From assembly GCA_964016885.1 (NCBI GenBank), contig OZ024752.1, positions 37,944,001 through 38,008,000 on the forward strand: 64,000 nucleotides of DNA, given 5' to 3'. The translations under genes were made by a program, and so were the position numbers. A model generated the notes under the pieces. It had not been told where the DNA came from, searched no databases, and worked only from the letters and a program-made list of their open reading frames with translations. This document shows positions 52,701 to 64,000 of this stretch, in pieces; position 1 is the stretch's first letter, and every line of letters begins with the position of its first letter. Origin of the DNA: Eledone cirrhosa. Lineage: Eukaryota.

Positions 52701-54834
52701 TTCAGTTAATAAAGATAATTCTCAGTTTGAACCAGGAATAGAAATTAGTTGCTGGGAAAACAACAGATGTGGAATATTTATCAATAGAACAGAAATAGGG
52801 TTCTGTTGGCTGAATACTTGGTACAGGATCTAAATACTGAAATACATATGAATGACAAGAGAGTTGGTTGTTTTAATTTGTTCAACGTAAACATATTTTG
52901 AATGGCCCACACGTCTGAAGTATTTCAGTAAATTATGAAACTAATCAAGAATTTGGAGATTATGTAACTTAACTCTTGCCCTTCGTGTTTTTATTTTTTA
53001 ATGGGTGGATTAAGCCACTGTTTGAAACATAAAATAAGGGTTTCTGATTTAGGTACAAGGCCAGAAATTTTGGTGAGGAGAGGTCAATTACATCAACCCC
53101 AGTGTGTTACTGGTACTTTATTTTATTGACGCCCATAAGGATGAAAAGCAAAGCTAACCTCAGCAGGATTTTGAACTCAGAACGCAAAAGGACATAAATA
53201 CATGCTGCAAAGCATGAGCATGTTGTCTGATGATCTACCAATACTGCCAATCCACTGTCTTTAACCCTTTAGTATTTACATTACTCTATATATACTATTG
53301 TATTTTCACGGTAAAGGCTTTATCTCACATAATTATCTCATATAATATTGAATCTACAAGATTTTGATATTATTTATTTAGAGAACAATACTTTAATGTC
53401 AGTATGAGCAGCCGTTTACAGCCAGTTTGAACAGAAAAAGGTGAGAGAATTCTGGCCAGGTATTGGCTGGTTTCAATGCTAAAGGGTTAAATAGAATAAT
53501 GATGATCATCATCATCGTTTTAATGTCTGCTTTCATTGCTCAGAAGGTTTGGACTATGGAAAGTTTTAATTTAAATATGGTGTATTGGCAGTATTGGTAG
53601 AGGGTCGGACGCCATGCTTTGCAACATAGAGTTACGGCCATTTACGGTGTGAGTTCAATTCCCGCCGAGGTTAACTTTGCATTTTATCCTTACGGGGGGG
53701 TCAATAAAATAAAGCACCAGTAATTCACTGGGGTATTTGCTGGCCTTGTGCCCAAAGTAGAAACAATTGAGATATGAATACTAAAAATAGGAGATTTTAA
53801 ATCAAAGAATCGGGCAAGTTGGTATGAAAAGATGAAGAAGAATCAGCAAGTTGAGAAAAGCAGAATAGGAAGAGTAAAAGAGTGGGAGAAAGGATAAATG
53901 TAAACTATAGGTCAACAGTACTAGAGGATTGCTAAATGTTTATCAGTCAAGTGGATTTATTTTTGTAAGAGGTTTACAACATTTATATATTTATGGTGAG
54001 TAGTGAGCAGTTTTACTTAGGTATGAAATATACATACTTGCTCATGAAAAAAGTATTTAGGATTTACCATATATAGTTGAATATAAGCCGAGGAATATAT
54101 GGGTAAAAAATGTAATGGTAAAAGGTTGGGGTCGGTTTATATATAGGGTCAATATTATGACAATTTTCGGCAACTTCAAATTTTACATAAATAAGGTCTG
54201 CATTTTTGCCCATTTCTCAGACATAAAATAATTGAGGTTGGCTTATATTTGAGTATATATATATATGGTAACTGTTAACAAGAAGAAGAGGCCTGGAGGT
54301 GAAAATAAAGAAAATATGTTAAACATTATCATGACTTGTAAAAGGTGGACATCATATAGGCAGGTAGGATTATAATATTAGCTTCAAAACTACTTTTGAG
54401 AAAATATAACAATTTGGGTGCAGTCTGGGTAAAATCCATGTAACTTTGCGAGGGAGGAATATATGTTTTCAGAGTAAAACCATGAAAATACACTCAGACT
54501 ATTTAAATAATATTTTGAATTTTGAGTATTGTTATAATTATTAAATAAGAGAACTACTTGTATACTCGGGGTAAATAGTTTAAGCAAGCAGTTAGATGAA
54601 TAAGAAAAGAAGAAAAACAAGCCTTTGCTCAAATAAAACTGTTAAATGAGAAATTGAAAACTTCATTGTTGAAATATCACTTTACTGGGGATGGGAAAAT
54701 ACTGGGGATGGGAAAATACTGGGGATGGGAAAATACTGGGGATGGGAAAATACTGGAAATGATACTTCAATTCAGTCTAGATTTTCTCACCAAATATAAA
54801 CGTACACCATTTCAATACAAAACCTATTTCTGTC

Positions 54835-55092
54835 TTAACTTTAACTAAATATATACTGCCTTAACCTTAACTAAATCTATTCTACCTTAACTTTAACTAA
54901 ACCTATACTGTCTTAACTTTAACTAAATATATACTGCCTTAACCTTAACTAAATCTATTCTACCTTAACTTTAACTAAACCTATACTGTCTTAACTTTAA
55001 CTAAACAAACTATCTTAACTAAACATATACTGCTTTAACCTTAACTAAACATATACTACCTTAACTAAACATATACTACCTTAACTAAACAT
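54835..55092. repeat. Minisatellite (ttaactaaa..tatactgcc); 18 bp repeat at 54684-54756
   Basis: Direct inspection. Confidence 0.8.
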
Positions 55093-55689
55093 CCCATCAC
55101 TTCCAATCCACAATAAATAAAATCAAAAGAAGCATTAAATGGAATAAACTAATACTTTAAACAGAGATAATTTTAATGTTACTATATCTGTTGCATAACA
55201 TTAATCTAACTATTTGAGTCCTAAAGAATGTGTGAACAACGGAAAGTTCCATTACTACATCTGATGCATAACATTGGTGTAACTATTTGAGTCCTAAAGA
55301 ATGTGCAGGCAGAGGAAAGTTCCGTATTTAAATTCCTTCCTAACAACTGGAATAATGCATTCCTTGTCTCTGAGCAGTGGCATTTTCTGGTGGATTGGCA
55401 GTATCAATAGAGGGTCGGACGCCATGCTTTGACGCATAGAGTTACGTCCCTTGCCATTCTGAGTTCAAAGCCCGCCAAGGTTAACTTTGCCTTTCATCCT
55501 CATGGGGTCGATGAAATAAAGTACCAGTAATGCACTGGGTATTTGCTGGCCTTGTGCCAAAAGTAGAAACAATTATAAATAAATGTAAATAATATATCCA
55601 GTTTTAATATAAAGCTTCAATTTTTATGAGAAACAGTTGAAAAGAGGGTTACATACAAGCTCCATGAACCTTACTTCAGTTGGTTTCGA

Positions 55690-55950
55690 TTTTTAAAATT
55701 GCATGCTCAACTCAAGGTTTGCTACCTTCCAGACTCTCTCGAGGGTCTTGGGATATGTATCCTTTGCCCATAAAATCTGTTAGGAAAGAATTGTTGGACA
55801 GATTTTACAGGTAAACCGAACCCGAATAAGATGGTTGGATAACATCCATGAGCTCAGCTGGTCTCGGTTGGGGATCAAGCTGGATCAATTGGACACTGCT
55901 GGAAGGATTGTTTGAGGACTCTGGCCCCACAGCCCTTCCAGAAGAAGGAG
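55690..55950 (+). mobile_element. Decayed RTE-like LINE 3' end
   Basis: ERIVGQILQ..RTRIRWLDNIHELSWSRLGI peptide, followed directly by a GAA-rich tail. Confidence 0.6.
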
Positions 55951-56333
<383 letters not shown>

Positions 56334-56789
56334 ATGAATTTCAAAGTTAAAATAAACAAAATAACCCTTTACATATCCTTCTTTCATAAAGTTTTCTTAA
56401 CCTCCCCTCCCATCCCCATAACCCCCCCCCCCCTTTAAAAAACCATGATTTAAATGCTACATTGGTAATTACTTCCTATAAAACACACCAGCTCACCAGT
56501 GTCAAAATAAACCCTTTCAATGACAAACTGCCTGAAACCGCCCCTGGTTCTACAATACAAAACTGTTTATTTTAAAGTGATAATATTTATCTAAAAACTT
56601 TCAATCATAATTTTATATAAGGACCTTTGTTAAGTTACGTTCCCATCACCAGCTTAACTACAAAATTAATCATATTCCTTAATCCCTCCAAATCTTTGAT
56701 TATTTTCAAATTTATTTGAACGACCTCCCATAGGTATAAGCTGAAGCATATAGACAATATGCCCCCACACCCTTCCACTGCAAAGTGGT

Positions 56790-57905
56790 CGTGGAGGTGC
56801 CATGGAAAAAAAGCACCCAGCCGACACTGTAAAGTGGACGTGTAGGTGCCACGGCAAAAAAGCACCCAGCCCACACTGTAAAGTGGACGTGTAGGTGCCA
56901 CGGAAAAAAGCACCCAGCCCATACTGTAAAGTGGACAGTGTAGGTGTCACGGCAAAAAAGCACCCAGCCCACACTGTAAAGTGGACGTGTAGGTGCCACG
57001 GCAAAAAAGCACCCAGCCCACACTGTAAAGTGGACGTGTAGGTGCCATGGAAAAAAGCACCCAGCCCATACTGTAAAGTGGACGTGTAGGTGTCACGGCA
57101 AAAAAGCACCCAGCCCACACTGTAAAGTGGACGTGTAGGTGCCACAGCAAAAAAGCACCCAGCCCATACTGTAAAGTGGACATGTAGGTGCCACGGCAAA
57201 AAAGCACCCAGCCCACACTGTAAAGTGGACGTGTAGGTGTCACGGCAAAAAAGCACCCAGCCCACACTGTAAAGTGGACGTGTAGGTGCCACGGCAAAAA
57301 AGCACCCAGCCCACACTGTAAAGTGGACGTGTAGGTGTCACGGCAAAAAAGCACCCAGCCCACACTGTAAAGTGGACGTGTAGATGTCATGGAAAAAAGC
57401 ACCCAGCCCACACTGTAAAGTGGACGTGTAGGTGCCACGGCAAAAAGGCACCCAGCCCACACTGTAAAGTGGACGTGTAGGTGTCACGGCAAAAAAGCAC
57501 CCAGCCCACACTGTAAAGTGGACGTGTAGGTGCCATGGAAAAAAGCACCCAGCCCACACTGTAAAGTGGACGTGTAGGTGTCACGGCAAAAAAGCACCCA
57601 GCCCACACTGTAAAGTGGACGTGTAGGTGTCACGGCAAAAAAGCACCCAGCCCACACTGTAATGTGGACGTGTAGGTGCCACGGCAAAAAAGCACCCAGC
57701 CCACACTGTAATGTGGACGTGTAGGTGCCACGGCAAAAAAGCACCCAGCCCACACTGTAAAGTGGACGTGTAGGTGCCACGGCAAAAAAGCACCCAGCCC
57801 ACACTGTAAAGTGGACGTGTAGGTGCCACGGCAAAAAAGCACCCAGCCCACACTGTAAAGTGGACATGTAGGTGCCACGGCAAAAAAGCACCCGGCACTC
57901 ACTGT
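56790..57905 (+). repeat. ~49 bp minisatellite, about 22 copies, inside an RTE 3' UTR fragment (56715-58068)
   Basis: Unit gtgtaggtgccacggcaaaaaagcacccagcccacactgtaaagtggac; flanks match the reverse complement of 60060-60390. Confidence 0.92.
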
Positions 57906-58591
57906 AAATGAGGTTGGTGTTAGGAAGGGCATCCAACTGTAGAAATCAAGCCAAAATCAGTTCCTGTATGAGCAAGACAAGGTCAGCCGACCAGACACTG
58001 CCCACAACAGGACAACCCGTCTAATCCATGCTAGCATGGAAGAACGGACGTAAAACGGTGATGATGATGGCAATAAAAAGGTTAACAGAAAAGTAACATC
58101 TGGCTGATAGATAAAGTTTTAATATTAACTAAATCTGTCAATATTGTGTATTGAGGTTAAGATAATACCAAATGTTCAAGTGCAAATATAGATAAATGAT
58201 AGTTCATTGACACAAGGTGAATTTGAGAGCTTTTGAAACTCTTTTTTAAGGGAGATAATTATAACTGTCTTATATTATTGTCATCTTAATCTAAGCTGAC
58301 CTGCTAACTTTTATTATTGCAGATTAAAGGAGTCGGCTGTAAAAACAGTATTTTGAACACTACCTACTAAACTATGCTTGTCACAGCTGAACACTTTGTA
58401 GAATGCAGTCAGGATGTGAAGACAATTTGGAAGTACAACTATGCAATAAAGTTAACAAGCATCTACAATTTGTTTATCAAATTTCACTCACAAGACGTTG
58501 GTTAATCTGAGGCTACAGCAGAATATACTCGCCCAAGGTGTTATGCAAAGAACTAAAACTGACACCATATGGTTGTGAAGCAAACTCTTTA

Positions 58592-58659
<68 letters not shown>

Positions 58660-58675
58660 CACACATTCATACATA

Positions 58676-58713
<38 letters not shown>

Positions 58714-58714
<1 letters not shown>

Positions 58715-59872
58715 TGATGCTGAGGAGGATATTAGAGGGAGCTAGAGCAAAGTGCCTTCCTGCGGTCATGGTTTTCATTGACTTTAGGAAGGCCTTTGAT
58801 TCTGTGGACCGTTACTGCCTGATGAAGATCTTACAGGCTTATGGAATCCCCAAGAGGATAGTGGACCTGATATCACTGCTCTACACCAACACCAAAGCCC
58901 AAGTCATTACACCTGATGGGATGACAGAGTTCTTTGAGATACTGGCTGGAGTGCTCCAGGGAGATACATTGGCTCCCTACCTTTTTGTCATCGTAGTGGA
59001 CTATTGTATGCGCCTTGCACTGGAGAAACACCAGGACTCTGGCTTTACTGTAGCACCGGCTCAGAGCAGTAGAGTTGGGGCGAAAAAGGTATCGGATGCT
59101 GAATTTGCCGACGACATAGTTTTGGTGACAGATACAGTGAGGGAGGCAGAGGATTTGATGCGGGAGGTTGAGACTGTGTCGATGAGTGTGGGGCTGAGAA
59201 TGAATGAGACTAAAACAAAATATCTGGTAGAGAATGTTGAGAAGCCAGAGGGGATCACTAATGTAGGCGGGAAGCCGCTGGAATTGGTTGAGGACTTCCT
59301 GTATTTGGGAGCAAAGATTGGGAATACGGAAGATGATGTGGTTGAGAGGAAGAGCAAGGCCTGGGCGGCGTGTCACAGCTTGAGATCGGTGTGGAAGTTG
59401 GACCTTCGTGGAGACCTGAAAATCCGCCTCTTCATTGCTGTAGTGGAGTCTGTGCTGCTGTATGGGTCTGAGACTTGGACACTGACCAAGAGACTCACTC
59501 AGATGGTGGATGGGTGCTACACGAGAATGCTGAGGATGGCTCTGAACATTAATCAGTATACACTGAGGATGAAAAACTCAGAGCTGTATGGGAGCATCCC
59601 AAAAGTCAGCTCAAAAGTGACACAGAGGAGACTGAGGTTGGCTGGACATGCTCACCGACATCCAGAGTTGACATTGCACTCAGTGCTCCTTTGGGAGCCC
59701 CTACATGGACACACTAGAAGAGGAAGACCAAGGTTAACATATGTTGATGCCCTAAGGACAGACACTGGTCTGTTGGAGATGCAGGATATGGCAGCGATAA
59801 TGAGGGACAGAGACCGCTGGAGAGAACTCGTCCATGGATCTCGGGAATTTTACCCGCCTTAGATAGATAGAT

Positions 59873-59875
<3 letters not shown>
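58714..59875 (+). mobile_element. 5'-truncated RTE-like LINE (second family), open 381 aa RT frame
   Basis: FIDFRKAFDS..GVLQGDTLAPYLF..FADD..YGSETW..RGRP; (taga)n tail; embedded in (TA)n. Confidence 0.93.
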
Positions 59876-59919
<44 letters not shown>

Positions 59920-59962
59920 CATACACACATTCATACATATATTTATATACATATATATATAC

Positions 59963-60009
<47 letters not shown>

Positions 60010-60061
60010 CACATATATATACACACACATATACACATATATATACACACACATATTCATA

Positions 60062-62758
60062 CATCATCATCATCATCATCATCATCACCGTTTTACGTCC
60101 GTTCTTCCACGCTAGCATGGGTTAGACGGGTTGTCCTGTTGTGGGCAGTGTCTGGTCGGCTGACCATGCCTTGCTCATACAGGAACTGATCTGGCTTGAT
60201 TTCTACAGCTGGATGCCCTTCCTAACACCAACCTCATTTACAGTGAGTGCTGGGTGCTTTTTCGTGGCGCCTACACGTCCACTTTACAGTGTGGGCTGGG
60301 TGCTTTTTTGCCGTGGCACCTCCACGGCCACCTTGCGGTGGTGGGGGGGCATATTGTTTATATGCTTCAGCATGTACCCATGGGAGGTCGGGTACCCTGT
60401 ATTACTGCGTGACGCCAGAAGTCACGGTCGTGTGTCATTGACTTTGAGAGGTGTAGTTGGGTAAGGTCGGCTTTTATCACCTCATCCCAAGTCATCTTGG
60501 GTCTCCCCACTCCGCGGTTTCCATCAACTTCTAGTGCTCTGCACCTTTTTATGCAGCTGTCATCCTTCATACGCATCACATGTCCATACCAGCGTAACCG
60601 CCTCTCCTGCACGCAGCATTTGATTCCTCTTATGCTCAGTCTCTCTCTCAATTCATTTATGCTTTGTCGTTCACGTATATTACTGTTACACATCCATCGG
60701 AGCATGCAGGCTTCGTTTCTCTCTAAACTACGTAAGTCTTCCACCTTCAGCGCCCAGGTCTCACTACCATGCAACATCGCTGTTCGGATACACGCATCAT
60801 ACAGTCTGCCTTTCATTCTGAGGGAGAAGCCTTTTGCAGCTAGCAGTGGTAGTAGTTCCCTAAACTTCTTCCATCCCGTTCTTACCCTAGTTATTGTACT
60901 TTCTGAGCACCCACCTCCGTTGCTAATTCGGTCACCTAGGTAGCAGAAGCTGTCTACTGTTTCTACAGGGCCCTCCCAGAGATTGGTGGTACTTGTTTCC
61001 TGTGGCTGTTTGCTTGCTGTTTCAGCACAGCTGCTGCATGTGAATCCTACATTCTTAATTAAGCTTCCTGAGATCCCGCTACATCTCTTGTGTACCCATT
61101 GTTTGCATTTGGGGCAAAGAATGGAGTTCCTACCTACACCTTTCCTACATACTGAGCAAGGCCATTTCCCTGAGGGGATCTGGGTTCTGTTTTCTCGTCT
61201 ACTTATAAGGACCTTAGTCTTTGTCATGTTGACTTTGAGGCCCTTTCTCTCTAGTCCCTGCTTCCAGGTTTGGAATTTATTCTCTAGTTCTACCATAGAT
61301 TCAGCTATGAGTGCGAGGTCATCAGCATACAGGAGTTCCCATGGGCATCCGGTCTTAAACTCCTCCGTTATTGCCTGCAGGACTATGATGAACAGGAGAG
61401 GGCTAAGAACAGAGCCCTGGTGGACCCCAACCTGTACGCTAAATTCCTCGCTATACTCATTGCCAATCCTAACTTTGCTGACTGCTCCCCTATACATGGC
61501 TTGTACCGCTTTCACAAGCCATTCATCTACTCCTAGTTTTCTAAGAGCCCACCAGATTACTGCACGTGGAACTCTGTCAAAGGCTTTCTCAAGGTCGACA
61601 AATGCCAAGTAGAGTGGCTTACTTTTAGCTAGGTACTTTTCCTGTAATTGCCTCACAAGGAAGAGCGCATCAGTGGTGCCTTTCCCTGGAACAAACCCAA
61701 ATTGCATCTCGTCTATATTCACCCGGTCCCTAATCAGCTGTGCTATAACTCTTTCTGTTACTTTCATGACCTGGTCCATCAACTTTATACCTCTATAGTT
61801 TCCTCTATCTAGTGCATCGCCTTTACCTTTGTAGCAGTTGACAATGATGCTACTGCACCAATCTTTTGGTATGGCCCCCTCTAGTATTACCTGGTTAACG
61901 ATACGTGTGGTTATAGTGTGACCTACAGACCCAGATGCCTTCAGCATCTCGGCAGCTATACCCGATGGACCGGTTGCCTTCCCTATCTTCATATCTCTGA
62001 TTGCCTTACTTACTACGCTGCCGCTGACTTGTACTGCTGGTCCCTCTATAGGGTCTACGTGGGGTAGGGTCTCTTCTTCCCATGCATTCTCCTCATTTAG
62101 TAATCTATCATAATGACTCTTCCATGCATCTTTCTTCTCAGCACTTGTGAGGGCAAGCTCACCTTTATCATTCCGGATACACTTCTCTCCAATGACATCA
62201 CAACTATCTCTGACACACTGCCTCGCAATCTTGAATACCTCCTGTTTCTGGTCCTCACGTTGTAAAACATGCTTGAATTTTCTATCCTCTGCTTCCCTCC
62301 TAGCTAAGTATACTTGTCGCCTAGCTTCCCTCTTGGTCTCTATGTAATGTACCCTGCTCCCCCCATTCTTCCATTCTTTCCATGCCTGTCTCTTGGCCTT
62401 GACTGCTTCATCTACCTTATTGTTCCACCACCAAGTCACTCTCCTCCTGCTTGAGGTCTTACTCCAGCCACAAACCTCATCCGTCGCCTCTAGTAAGTTA
62501 TTTTTTAGGAACTCCCAGTTCTCTTCTACGTTAAATGTCTCTATCTGTTCTTCTTTACTGTCGTAGGCGTTGAGTAAAATATCTTTAAATCTGTTACTGG
62601 TTGAGGGGACTTTCAGCTTCCAGATCTTTCTTCTCCAGGTTGGCCTCTGTTTCAGGGCTCGTCTAGTTCTGACCGTGAGGTCGCTGACAACTAAGCTATG
62701 TTGGGATGTACATTCCTCACTAGGGAAGGCTTTTGTGTTTACGACCGTCCATCTGTCA
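60062..62758 (-). mobile_element. 5'-truncated RTE LINE with ~800 aa uninterrupted frame (RT + PHD-like finger) and 3' UTR
   Basis: NYRGIKL..QFGF..FVDLEKAFDRV..GVHQGSVLSPLLF..YADD..CSVC..CPKC..HKRC..CSSC; (tga)n tail. Confidence 0.95.
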
Positions 62759-62918
62759 TATATATATATATACACACATATATACACACACATTCATACA
62801 TATATTTATATACATAGATACATGCATACATATAAACATACACATATATATATACATCTATATTATATATACACATCTATATCATATATACACACACACA
62901 CACATATATATCATATAT

Positions 62919-62954
<36 letters not shown>

Positions 62955-63709
62955 GATATTTATTTAATATCATTGTGTATTATACTCCAGAAACTTGTTG
63001 AGTGCTCTAAATCAGTTATAAACATTTATATTTGTTGAATTACCAACAAATTGAATATCCCTTTTGCTTATTCGACAGCTATTTCTGGACAGGGGTCCTG
63101 ACTCTTTTCTTATTACCCACTCTACTACCCAAGTATCGAGTACTCTGGTCTGTTATGGTCCACCTGGTTCCTTACCACACTTCCTTCATTATATATATAT
63201 ATATATCTCAACTCTACTTTTGAAAAGCACAAGAACTGTGAAACCGGTAAAGGAACCAAATAAATATTTTTAAAAAGGACTCCAGTTGCATTTTCGATTT
63301 CATCTTTTTTCCTTATATATCATCATCATCACCGTTTTACGTTCTTCCACACTAGCATGGGTTAGACAGGTTGTACTGTTGTGGGCAGTGTCCGGTCGGC
63401 TGACCTTGTCTTGCTCATATGGGAACTGACTCTGGCTAGATTTCTACAGCTGGATGCCCTTCCTAACACCAACCTCATTTACAGTGAGTGCTGGGTGCTT
63501 TTTTTTTGCCGTGGCACCTCCACGACCACTCTTCGGTGGAATGATAGGGACCCCAGTCCCTATCATCTCATTTCTACAGCTGAGTAAACTGGAGCAATAT
63601 GAAATAAAGTGTCTTGCTCAAGGAAACAACACATCACCCGGTCTGAGAATTGAACTCACAACCTTTCGATTGCAAGCCCAATGCTCTAAGCACTAAGCCA
63701 TGTGCCTTC

Positions 63710-63773
<64 letters not shown>

Positions 63774-64000
63774 ACACACACACACACACACAGACAGACA
63801 CATACACACATATATAATATATAAAGCTCAACGACTAATGATAAAAAGGAGATGAAGTGATTTACCAGATAAGTACCGCACTGAAATTTAAGTGAAGTAC
63901 ATTCTAGTGGATTATTCAGACATTAGTACAGTCAATGTATTGATGCATTAACTAGGAGATGAAAGTTTAATAGAAACCAGATATTTACTTTTAGCCCTTT

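Noticed and set aside
56497-56549. Candidate upstream prominin exon (ttgtag..gtgagc), one frame TRGGFRQFVIERVYFDT ends in compatible phase 1
   Set aside because: No recognisable prominin similarity; cannot be supported without transcripts
56635-57936. Repetitive ORFs; CRISPR-like appearance
   Set aside because: Contiguous 49 bp tandem units with no unique spacers; eukaryotic retroelement origin

Overview
Eukaryotic, AT-rich, repeat-dense DNA; the SINE/RTE repertoire and long (TA)n tracts suggest an octopod cephalopod (inference, not verifiable here). The window lies inside one large minus-strand gene encoding a prominin (CD133)-like membrane glycoprotein. Nine phase-compatible exons were read by hand (39037 down to 1367), covering the end of the N-terminal domain, TM1, the Cys-rich loop, TM2 and much of the first large extracellular loop; the start and the C-terminal part were not found in the window. 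The main discovery, almost invisible in the ORF track, is an ~18.4 kb tandem array (7600-26004) of 19 hypervariable mini-exons. Each is 57-84 nt, a multiple of 3, stop-free in phase 0-0, bounded by a tttt(a/g)(c/t)ag acceptor and a gt(a)(t/a)gt donor, and 18 of 19 encode a CxxC motif. They derive from duplications of the upstream exon 28321-28517, which has an in-frame internal donor (TTG|gtaaat) just before its own CxxC segment. This suggests a Dscam-like swappable cassette giving about 20 variants of one extracellular segment of prominin; transcript evidence is needed. The rest is RTE and Vingi-like LINE fragments, SINEs, Helitrons, MITEs, palindromes and satellites.
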